This document shows positions 1 to 7,865 of a DNA stretch of 19,972 nucleotides, piece by piece. Below the pieces are notes generated by a model that was not told the origin of the DNA, did not search any database, and saw only the letters and a program-made list of their open reading frames with translations. The first letter of the stretch is position 1; every line of letters begins with the position of its first letter. The translations under genes and the position numbers were made by a program. Source of the stretch: Candidatus Thorarchaeota archaeon (GTDB taxonomy: Archaea > Asgardarchaeota > Thorarchaeia > Thorarchaeales > Thorarchaeaceae); assembly GCA_019057475.1 (NCBI GenBank), contig DXJO01000050.1:1-19972 (forward strand). Direction: 5' to 3'.

Positions 1-1
1 A

Positions 2-151
2 GATACGGAAACCCAGGGAGAGTCGACTAGATTGTTCCTCCGATATGTTTGCACGAAGTGTGATGACGCAACTGAGGCTGAAGAGGACAGCGAGAGATAC
101 AGGCTCTGCCTATGCAAGAAGTGCTATGAGGAAGCAGAGCAACAAGGCTGA
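2..151 (+). CDS. 3' end of a small zinc-finger protein (partial, runs in from the left edge; not in the ORF track)
   Basis: Frame starting at nt 2 reads DTETQGESTRLFLRYVCTKCDDATEAEEDSERYRLCLCKKCYEEAEQQG* with two CxxC pairs (CTKC, CKKC). TGA at 149-151. Confidence 0.6.
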   Translation, partial: DTETQGESTRLFLRYVCTKCDDATEAEEDSERYRLCLCKKCYEEAEQQG

Positions 152-226
152 ATTTCCACCTGGAAAGGGTATGGACCTGTGGTCTGAGGTGAGTATCACT
201 TCAATAACAATACTGAAAGAATATCC

Positions 227-256
227 AGGAGATGTGGCGCAAGGAGGTGTGGCGCA
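227..256. repeat. 15-bp tandem duplication
   Basis: AGGAGATGTGGCGCA (227-241) followed by AGGAGGTGTGGCGCA (242-256), one mismatch. Confidence 0.8.
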
Positions 257-374
257 AGCAGCCTTGGTTTCATCCCTCCAATGGCTTCCTTATATGGAAG
301 TTACAGCATATGTCGTAACGAACATATGACCTCGGAAAAAATTTGAATGATTATTAGTGCAAGATGGTGTAAGA

Positions 375-391
375 TTTTTATACTAGGTATA
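375..391 (+). promoter_or_regulatory. Putative archaeal TATA box with an overlapping palindrome, upstream of the four-gene operon
   Basis: TTTTTATA at 375-382; TATAC-tag-GTATA at 379-391; GGTGA Shine-Dalgarno-like motif at 439-443 before GTG 450. Confidence 0.4.
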
Positions 392-449
392 GAAACCAAT
401 GACAATTGATGACACTCGCATCAAGAAATCAGATATTTGGTGAATTCAA

Positions 450-2129
450 GTGGGTGGTCAACCAACTCGTAAAACAACTGCACATATGAAGATAGCCCCA
501 GAAATTGTAAATCGACTAAGTATTGGATTATACCGCAATTTTGGTCTAACAGTAAAAGAGTTGGTCTCGAACGCCTATGATGCTGATGCCACAGAAGTGA
601 AAATTCGCCTAGACTTAAAAAAAAAACAGTTCATCATCCGTGACAATGGGTGTGGCATGACAGAAAAGGAGGTAAAGGAGGTTTATCTCTACGTGGGGGG
701 AGGGATAAAACCCGGAACTAAAACACCTCAAGGACGTATTCGAATCGGTCAATTTGGTATTGGAAACCTAGCTGTATTTCCATATTGCGAGGAAATCCAT
801 CTCATCACCAAGAAACAAGATACAAACATCCTTGTAGAAGCCAAGATAAATGCAAAGGAATTTACCAAGGAATTCATCAAAGGGAAAAAGACAAGCATAG
901 AAAGAATACCTATCCCCATTGAAACCTTTGAAACTGATCTCCCTAAAGATATGGGAGAAACGGTCATTTATCTCAATAAGATCAAACCTCATATCATAGA
1001 CGAGCTTCAACGTAAAGGAACGAGCAAGAAAAAATTAAGTATCGATCAGGAATCAGGTTACAAGAAATTCGAATGGACACTTCGCCAATATCTATCACTT
1101 CAGTATCCCAAATCCCATCGAGATCTTATAGATATGTTTAAAGCAAAAAAAACTGAATCGTTCAGGGTCTGGTTGGATGGAAAAGAATTATTTCGAAATG
1201 TGGTAAGAAACGCTAGGATACTAGATAGTGGTGAAGAAGCTTTCGGCAATGTTAGAGTAAAATATGCAATTATGAGTCCAATGAAACCTGTACGTCCTGA
1301 AGAGGCTCGAGGACTACAATTGCGGCTTCGAAATGTAGCGATAGGTTTTCCAACCGATTTCGATGTTATCAAACTGAAAGGGAGAGTATTGGGGAAATTA
1401 AACTACATAACTGGTGAAATTTACATACTCGAAGGATTGGAAAATGACTTACTAATCGACCGCGATCGCTTTTCTTATACGAAAGAATATGATGAACTTG
1501 CTCATTTCTTTAGAGAGAAACTAACTACCTGGAATAGCGAATTAGAGACCGTTGCAAGACATGATAAACAGATATACATCGCAATTTCCGGAATTCCTCT
1601 TGAACAAAAGGTTATCAAAGATATGAAAGATAAAGGGATTCTTAGTGTTGACAGGAGTCGGGTTCGGATACCTCCACCAAAAGAACCAAAAGGTGACAAG
1701 GGGATTTTTCCCAAACATGCAAGAACAATAGTAAGAGCTATAGAAGAAACAACTGAATACAAAACAGAACTGAAAACCGAAGAGATTAGCTCAACGACTC
1801 CTCCTATCCATATTGATAAGAGAGCCAAAGTGATAACTGTCTTTGTCAGTCCAGAAGAACCTGAAGAGACAATCACCGTTTTAGGTCAAGAATTTACTGT
1901 TTCTCATGATACTTGGGATATGGATAAAACACTTCAATCCATCTGTAAGATAGAGGGAAAGCGACGGGTTAGTTATAATACGGATCACCCGATATTCGAA
2001 TCTTCGCTAGATGAAGATCTTGTGAAATATCTTGCGCTTGGAGGTATGTTACTATTAAAAGAACATCCTCAAAATGAGAAGCTCTTTCAACTGTTTTACA
2101 AGTTAATCAACGATTTACCTAGGAGTTAG
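450..2129 (+). CDS. GHKL-superfamily (HATPase_c / MORC-like) ATPase
   Basis: GHKL motifs KELVSNAYDADA (ExxxNAxDA), IRDNGCGM (DNGxGM), IGQFGIG (GxFGxG) and GETV. C-terminal YNTDHP resembles the NxxHP motif of RM-associated prokaryotic MORC proteins. No C-terminal nuclease motif recognised. Confidence 0.9.
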   Translation: MGGQPTRKTTAHMKIAPEIVNRLSIGLYRNFGLTVKELVSNAYDADATEVKIRLDLKKKQFIIRDNGCGMTEKEVKEVYLYVGGGIKPGTKTPQGRIRIGQFGIGNLAVFPYCEEIHLITKKQDTNILVEAKINAKEFTKEFIKGKKTSIERIPIPIETFETDLPKDMGETVIYLNKIKPHIIDELQRKGTSKKKLSIDQESGYKKFEWTLRQYLSLQYPKSHRDLIDMFKAKKTESFRVWLDGKELFRNVVRNARILDSGEEAFGNVRVKYAIMSPMKPVRPEEARGLQLRLRNVAIGFPTDFDVIKLKGRVLGKLNYITGEIYILEGLENDLLIDRDRFSYTKEYDELAHFFREKLTTWNSELETVARHDKQIYIAISGIPLEQKVIKDMKDKGILSVDRSRVRIPPPKEPKGDKGIFPKHARTIVRAIEETTEYKTELKTEEISSTTPPIHIDKRAKVITVFVSPEEPEETITVLGQEFTVSHDTWDMDKTLQSICKIEGKRRVSYNTDHPIFESSLDEDLVKYLALGGMLLLKEHPQNEKLFQLFYKLINDLPRS

Positions 2130-2134
2130 GGTCT

Positions 2135-2881
2135 ATGACCTACTTGGAGACTCTTAAGGATCGGCTCATCAAGGAGCTTTGGGTTCCTAGCGTGAAGGAA
2201 GCTTCTGACTTTCTTCAACCTCGGTTTCGAAAGAATAAGCATCTGACTATTCTAACATTGACTAGTTCTGTAAACTCCCGAGAGATAGAGTTGTTAGTTG
2301 AGCAAAACTTGACAACGTTCAAAGAGATAACTGCATGGAGCTACAGCCATCATCAAATGCTGGCATTGAATACGGAGGGACCAATCCAGGTTATTGGAGG
2401 AAGACGGTTTGAAGATAGCTTGTTCCAACAGAACTATAATGATCTTTCTGACCCATTGTGTTATCATGTTGTTAATCTTGATTTCGTTTCCCAGAATCCA
2501 ATTGACTCAACTAGACCGAGATGCTTGATTCGTGAACTAATAACCATAGAAAACATAATTCGAGAATTTAGAGGCTGCCGTGATTTACGGGGCTTAGTTG
2601 TATTATACACAACCCGCTTAACAGAGGAAAAAATCGACATCGGAACACTGAAGAACGAATCTGATAACCTCCATAAGACTGGCTGGCGGGGGCTCAAATT
2701 AAACCAAATACCCAAAAGAAATACAAAAAAAGGATTAGACTATAATCTCTCTTGTATCAGGTTAATGTTGAAAGAGTTAGCTAAGAAATACGAATTGGTT
2801 ACTGCTTCTGAAGAGGATCTAGAATTGTCTCAGAATCAGAAAACAATAATCTATTCAAAAAGCATGTTCCTTAAAAAGTGA
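2135..2881 (+). CDS. Hypothetical protein, possible degenerate class I SAM-methyltransferase (Rossmann-like) fold
   Basis: 248-aa ORF 5 nt after the ATPase stop. Strand-like segments LTILTLTS, ITAWSYS, IQVIGG, YHVVNLDF, GLVVLYTT occur in the order expected for MTase beta1-beta5, but the Gly-rich motif I is absent. Confidence 0.55.
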   Translation: MTYLETLKDRLIKELWVPSVKEASDFLQPRFRKNKHLTILTLTSSVNSREIELLVEQNLTTFKEITAWSYSHHQMLALNTEGPIQVIGGRRFEDSLFQQNYNDLSDPLCYHVVNLDFVSQNPIDSTRPRCLIRELITIENIIREFRGCRDLRGLVVLYTTRLTEEKIDIGTLKNESDNLHKTGWRGLKLNQIPKRNTKKGLDYNLSCIRLMLKELAKKYELVTASEEDLELSQNQKTIIYSKSMFLKK

Positions 2882-3615
2882 TTAAAATGGAATTCGGCGA
2901 AGATTTCACTAAACAAATGGATAAAATATTTGATGATTGGAAAAACAATTGGAATCAGACCCTTTTATCGCACAAAACAGAGATTAATGAGCTTTCAGAG
3001 AAAATAAGTGTAATTGATGATTGGTCAAATTGTTTGCTGTCCGTTACAGAACTCAAGCGAATCCCTAATGCTAAGCAATTCATTAGCGAAATGTTCATAG
3101 ACATCTACACTTCTTTAGTTTTAGTGAGTTTGGCTCTCTACAAGTATGCAAATATGTGTCTACGAAGTTACCTTGAATCCACAATGCGCCTTATCTATTT
3201 CTCAGTCCATCCAATTGAGTATAGATGGTGGACCAATAAACTGTACGGACATACTCCTTTTAGAATGTACTTAGAATTTGTAACGAAATTAGAACGAATT
3301 AATAAAGTAGATTCAGAAAAAACCCCCCTGATTGCAGAGGTAAGAAATCTCTATAACGAATTATCATCTTATGTTCATTCTGAGGAACGAGCTTTCCAGA
3401 CTAAGGTAGGACTCTCTCCAAAATATAGTCTTGAGAACTTTAAAGGATGCGAAAAAACATTCAGAGAAACAATCAGCTACTCTAATATCTTGCTCTTGGG
3501 ATCATTTTATGAAAATTATCAACAGCTCTCCGCGGAGAGCCAAAAGAGGATTATAAGAATCGGAATTGACGAAGAAAAGCATGAGTTAATTGAATCGTTC
3601 GGAGACAAAGGCTAA
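2878..3615 (+). CDS. HEPN-like all-helical protein (putative RNase effector)
   Basis: Motifs YKYANMCLRSYLE and RNLYNELSSYVHS (AxxxLRxxxE ... YxxLSxxVH), typical of DUF5677-like HEPN-type families. GTGA overlap with the upstream gene; alternative ATG at 2887. Confidence 0.65.
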   Translation: MIKMEFGEDFTKQMDKIFDDWKNNWNQTLLSHKTEINELSEKISVIDDWSNCLLSVTELKRIPNAKQFISEMFIDIYTSLVLVSLALYKYANMCLRSYLESTMRLIYFSVHPIEYRWWTNKLYGHTPFRMYLEFVTKLERINKVDSEKTPLIAEVRNLYNELSSYVHSEERAFQTKVGLSPKYSLENFKGCEKTFRETISYSNILLLGSFYENYQQLSAESQKRIIRIGIDEEKHELIESFGDKG

Positions 3616-4688
3616 TGAATGGTGCTGATGATTTCCTTAGACAGATACCATCTACCCGATATCAAGGGAGCAAACGTCGAATTCTACCTTGGATTTACGA
3701 GAACATTAAAGACTTACCGTTTGAAACCGTGTTGGATGGGTTTGGGGGTACGGCAAGTGCTAGTTTCCTGTTTAAGTTGATGGGTAAAAAGGTCACCTTT
3801 AATGATGTTCTCTTATCAAATTACCAAACGGGTATTGCCTTAATTGAAAACAATGCTGTAACTCTTAATGAAGCGGATGTTGAGTTTCTTCTAAATGAAA
3901 ATGGATTTGAGTACCCTTCATTTATCCAAGACACATTCAAGGAGATTTACTATACAGATTTGGAAAATGAATGGTTGGACATCGCTTCACATAATATTCA
4001 CAAACTATCGCAGACATATGAGGGGCGTACGTTAAAAATCAAAAGAGCCTTGGCATATCATATCCTGTTCCAAGCATGCCTAACAAAACGTCCCTTCAAT
4101 CTATTTCATAGGAAAAATCTCTACTTACGACTGGCCAAGGTCAAAAGAAGTTTTGGTAATAAGGTAACATGGGAAAGAGAATTCCAGAAGCTATTCATGA
4201 AATTCAACAATGAGATTTCCAGTAAAATCTTCTCTAATAAACTAAGAAACAAGGCAACCTGTAAAGATATTCTAGAGGTGAAAACTAAGGGTTTTGATCT
4301 CGTCTATTTTGACCCCCCTTATGCTCGACCTAAAGACACCTCTCCCAAGGACTATTATTCTCTGTACCACTTCTTAGAAGGAATAGTTGACTATAAGAAC
4401 TGGTCGAAGCGGATTGATTGGACGATGAAAAATCGACGACTAATAAGGGAGAAGACAAAATGGGAGCAGGGAGAACTGATAGATAATTTTGATAGTTTAT
4501 TTAGGAGGTTTCAAGACTCAATAATTGTTGTATCATATGGAGAACCGGGGAATCCCTCGGTAGAGAGGATTAGAGAGTGCTTGCATCTATACAAGTCGGA
4601 TGTTGAAATATCGAGGAAAAGATACAAGTATAGATTAAATCAGGGAAACAACCAGAACCTCAACGAGGTCCTACTAATAGGTAAATAA
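3615..4688 (+). CDS. Alpha-class N6-adenine DNA methyltransferase (D12 / FokI-NlaIII-like family)
   Basis: Motif X RYQGSKRRIL, motif I VLDGFGGTAS, motif II FNDVL and motif IV LVYFDPPY, in alpha order. TAATG overlap with the upstream gene. Confidence 0.92.
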   Translation: MNGADDFLRQIPSTRYQGSKRRILPWIYENIKDLPFETVLDGFGGTASASFLFKLMGKKVTFNDVLLSNYQTGIALIENNAVTLNEADVEFLLNENGFEYPSFIQDTFKEIYYTDLENEWLDIASHNIHKLSQTYEGRTLKIKRALAYHILFQACLTKRPFNLFHRKNLYLRLAKVKRSFGNKVTWEREFQKLFMKFNNEISSKIFSNKLRNKATCKDILEVKTKGFDLVYFDPPYARPKDTSPKDYYSLYHFLEGIVDYKNWSKRIDWTMKNRRLIREKTKWEQGELIDNFDSLFRRFQDSIIVVSYGEPGNPSVERIRECLHLYKSDVEISRKRYKYRLNQGNNQNLNEVLLIGK

Positions 4689-4698
4689 CTCCGAGCAG

Positions 4699-4730
4699 AC
4701 CTCAGAGAATCTACGTGGAAAGTCTGAGGT
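4699..4730. terminator. Possible hairpin between convergent genes
   Basis: ACCTCAGA (4699-4706) and TCTGAGGT (4723-4730) form a perfect 8-bp inverted repeat in the 42-nt gap between convergent stop codons. Confidence 0.25.
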
Positions 4731-5759
4731 TCAAAGATCCGCCCTGCAGTTCTGACACTTGAGAAGACCCTGTTCTGTCTTTGCCCCGCAGAAGGGACAG
4801 ACGACCAGGACTCTTTCTGTGATTATTTTTTCTCGCGTTGGTGCTGGCTCAAGTGCCTCTGTTTCCTTTGGTGGAGGTGGTCTAGGCACCACTTCTTCAT
4901 AGGATGGAGGACCCTCTTTGCCTCGACGTGAAGCTGCCACTGCTATACCAACAATAAAAATAAGACCCACGAGACCCAGCAACAATGTCGTAGGCAAGTC
5001 CATGGTCTGATCAGTCTGCCCGCCTGTAGTCGTTGTGTCCGGAACGGCATTAGATACATAGACTGTCACCTCTTCGTAGTCACTATTTTCTACAGTGTCG
5101 CTAGCTGATATCTTAACAGTATGCGCACCATTCGAGTATTGTGTGGTATCCCAAGAATAGCTGAAAGCACTGTCGTATTCCGTATCCTTGAGATAACCAT
5201 CAATATAGAGACGAACCGTACCGATATCGAACGTCGCTTCAGAGATGGTGGCCGTGATCTCCTTGATGCCGGAGTAAGTGGCTCCTGCATCCAGGTTCAT
5301 TGTGATGGTTGGTGCTGTGTTGTCCCCATAGAAATCAAACGAAACTGTCTGTGTCGTGATAAGAGCATCCTTGTTGCAGAAGACAAAGTACCATGTACCC
5401 GCAACAGGAATCCTGAATTCGAAGGAACCATCTAGAACGTCTTCAAGTGTGCTGTATCGAGAGTACCCCAAACCAGCCTCGTAGTCATCAAAATTATCTT
5501 GATCCACAATGAAGAACGTGATATCCGAACCTGCCGTCACCTCAAACGAACCATATCTTCCCCTGTACTGCGACTGATATCCGTAGACACAATGGTATGA
5601 CAGTGGACCGATATTCCACTCATAATGTGTATGTGAATCATCAGCCAAAGACATCTCTACGCTCGGACCATGTTCTTCAGTAATCAGAGAGTCGCCCGAT
5701 AAGACGGCCATGGACATTATGAACAATGCCACATAGATCATCAATATCGACTGTTTCAT
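4731..5759 (-). CDS. Membrane-anchored surface protein: signal peptide, beta-rich domain, Ig-like domain, Thr-rich linker, TM helix, cytoplasmic zinc ribbon
   Basis: Hydrophobic N-terminus; Ig-like VRLYIDG...YSWDTTQYSNGAHTVKISASD; TTTTGG linker; TM LLLGLVGLIFIVGIAVAA followed by RRGK; Pro-rich stretch; CPFC...CQNC. Confidence 0.85.
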   Translation of the reverse strand: MKQSILMIYVALFIMSMAVLSGDSLITEEHGPSVEMSLADDSHTHYEWNIGPLSYHCVYGYQSQYRGRYGSFEVTAGSDITFFIVDQDNFDDYEAGLGYSRYSTLEDVLDGSFEFRIPVAGTWYFVFCNKDALITTQTVSFDFYGDNTAPTITMNLDAGATYSGIKEITATISEATFDIGTVRLYIDGYLKDTEYDSAFSYSWDTTQYSNGAHTVKISASDTVENSDYEEVTVYVSNAVPDTTTTGGQTDQTMDLPTTLLLGLVGLIFIVGIAVAASRRGKEGPPSYEEVVPRPPPPKETEALEPAPTREKIITERVLVVCPFCGAKTEQGLLKCQNCRADL

Positions 5760-5891
5760 TTCTCAAATTCCCTCAAAGGCATACGATGCTATGTATGATG
5801 TTGGATGCCCACTTATCTCATGTCTCTACGTACCGAACCGTCAGCATGAGGCTAAATAGCGCGGTGCGGGACTGCGGACTGATGGACTAAG

Positions 5892-6107
5892 TTGAGAACG
5901 AAACGATCGACCGTAGACTTCGAGGAGCTACGGCGCATTGCCAATCAGGTACGCATAGACACTCTGAGTGCTATTGATGAGCTTGTCATTCGAACGATGT
6001 CCGAAGGTAAGGATGTCGAAGCTCTCTCCAGGAGAGTGAAGAAGGCTCTTGAGATTGAGATGGACGAGGCTGCTGAGGTGCGCCTTCGCACCTGGTTCAT
6101 CCGATAG
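5892..6107 (+). CDS. Small hypothetical helical protein
   Basis: 71-aa ORF (TTG start), charged amphipathic composition, divergent from the membrane-protein gene. No family recognised. Confidence 0.45.
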   Translation: MRTKRSTVDFEELRRIANQVRIDTLSAIDELVIRTMSEGKDVEALSRRVKKALEIEMDEAAEVRLRTWFIR

Positions 6108-6353
6108 CTCTACTGAAAAAACATCTGAATCCAAACCGTGATTGAAGATGTATTAATCAGTGGCCGAAACTCAGTAGCGAATATGAATGAAAAACAGAAG
6201 GCGTTCGACAGGGGTTAGTTCTTCGTTACATGCTTTCAATCACAAAACTCCTCCCCCATCAATAGGATCGTGCTCCTCGGACCCCCCCACAAAGAAGTCA
6301 GATTCTTCATCACTGTCTATTGACTCAACGTGATGGCGGTTGTTGAGATGACG

Positions 6354-7689
6354 TCATCCTGAATATGTCCACTTGGGGAGCCAGATCAGGAACTCAGCAC
6401 CTTGACTTGGGTCCCCTGTCATCCTGTCGTGTACACTGATTCGGCCATGGTACTTGCGTACGATGTTCATCGCTTTGTGGACCCCGACACCTCCAGAGCG
6501 TCGCTCTGGGTCAAAGAGAGCCTCCTTCTTGAGTTCGGTCAGACCGGGACCGTTGTCGCTGATCAACACCTCGTACCCTCTCTCGACCTCGTTCACTGTG
6601 ACCCAGACATGTCTGATTCTCTTGTCATTGTGGACAACAGCATTCTCCAAGATGTTCATGAGTAAGAGCTCAAGGTAATCATCCGCGTGAACTACTGGCT
6701 CCCTGACTTGCATGTCCATCTCGACCTCGACATCATCGTAAGTCGCACGCAGACTTCTCAGGCACTCGTTCAAGACCTCACTCAGCGACCTTGCAGAGAC
6801 AGGGGCTGTTAGCAGACCACATGTAGACTGCATCTTCTTGATCAGTGACTGTGAGTTATTCACCGAGTCAAGGATAATCTCGAATAATAGCTCCGCCTCA
6901 GCTCCGAGCTCCATGTGCTTCATTATGTCTGCACCCATGAGAATCGCCTGTAGGTGGTTGCGTATGTCATGGCTCATGAGATCCAAGTACAACATGGCTG
7001 TGTCTGCAGCAGCCTTGAGGTCGTGCTCTGCCCTCTTCCGCTCGGTGATGTCATGAATCGTTCCTACCATGCGAATCGCTATGCCAGTCTCATCGAGAAT
7101 CACCTCGGCCTCTTCGTGAACAATACGCTCTGAGCCATCTGACAGAACTGTCCGATGGTCAATACTGTAACGCTTGCCCTCATTTGCGGCTTCGTCGATA
7201 GCCCTCTGAACAAGCTCTCGATTATCCGGATGGACGAAACTCATGAACGTTTCATGCGCCACTGGAAACCCTTGCGGAGTGCAGCCAAAGATACGATAGC
7301 CCTCATCGGACCACTCCGATTCGTTGCTTACGAGATTCAGATTCCAGCTCCCAAGATGAGCGATTCGCTGGGCTTCAGCAAGATTGGCTTGACTCTTTTG
7401 GAGATGCTCCTCTGTCTTCTTGTGCTCAGTGATTTCTTGCCTAAGCTGTTCGTTGGCCTTTTCCAGTTCTTCTATTCTCTTCCTCACCAAGTCCTTAAGG
7501 TGCTCACCGTAGAATATCAAACCAAGGTGGGAATCGACAAGCTCCTTGAACTGTAGCATCAGCTCCTCGTAAGTATTGTCATAGCTGTTCTCCTTCAAAT
7601 CGAGCACGCAGATAGTGCCAAAGCATTCTCCATCAGGTCAGAGGAAAGCCCAAATAGGAGATCATTCCCAACTTGATGTCAGGGTTCTC
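6354..7689 (-). pseudogene. GAF-PAS-histidine kinase with a frameshifted, 5'-truncated GAF domain (intact frame 6354..7607)
   Basis: H-box DLMSHDIRNHLQ, N-box NILENAVVHN, G1 ISDNGPG, F-box LFDP, G2 SGGVGV; PAS ending DITERKRAE. Upstream of 7607 the GAF motif continues as ENPDIKLGMISYLGFPL / frameshift at ~7638 / PDGECFGTICVLD and stops near 7689. Confidence 0.85.
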
Positions 7690-7717
7690 ACACTCCGTTG
7701 GTGGAGAATGGGTGTCC
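7679..7717 (+). mobile_element. 39-bp IS5-family transposase remnant
   Basis: Reads SGFSHSVGGEWVS, matching SGFSHSTGEEWTS and TGFSHSTGGEWFS in the other transposase copies in this window, but on the opposite strand. Confidence 0.7.
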
Positions 7718-7865
7718 GATCAGGGGGACAATAAGATGTTTGATAATCTTCACGTGAAGCGGCTTACTTCTCCTAGATTCCAATTGATTATTGGGTTTTC
7801 CATTTCAATTAGTGTTAAGCACGGAAGTGCTATAGGGCCATGCAGATCTATTCTAACTGGAGAGT

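Noticed and set aside
45-329. 94-aa ORF in the track
   Set aside because: It overlaps the more convincing zinc-finger frame (2..151), includes the tandem repeat and has no recognisable motifs.
399-443. In-frame upstream ATG and TGA suggesting read-through (selenocysteine) into the GHKL gene
   Set aside because: The TGA is part of the GGTGA Shine-Dalgarno-like motif for GTG 450, and nothing suggests a Sec/Cys position.
749-2715. Antisense ORFs inside the ATPase and ORF2 genes
   Set aside because: They are shadow frames of well-supported plus-strand genes.
5892-6107. Resemblance of ELRRIANQVRIDTL to a transketolase N-terminus
   Set aside because: The following conserved GH motif is absent, and the similarity is limited to one amphipathic helix.
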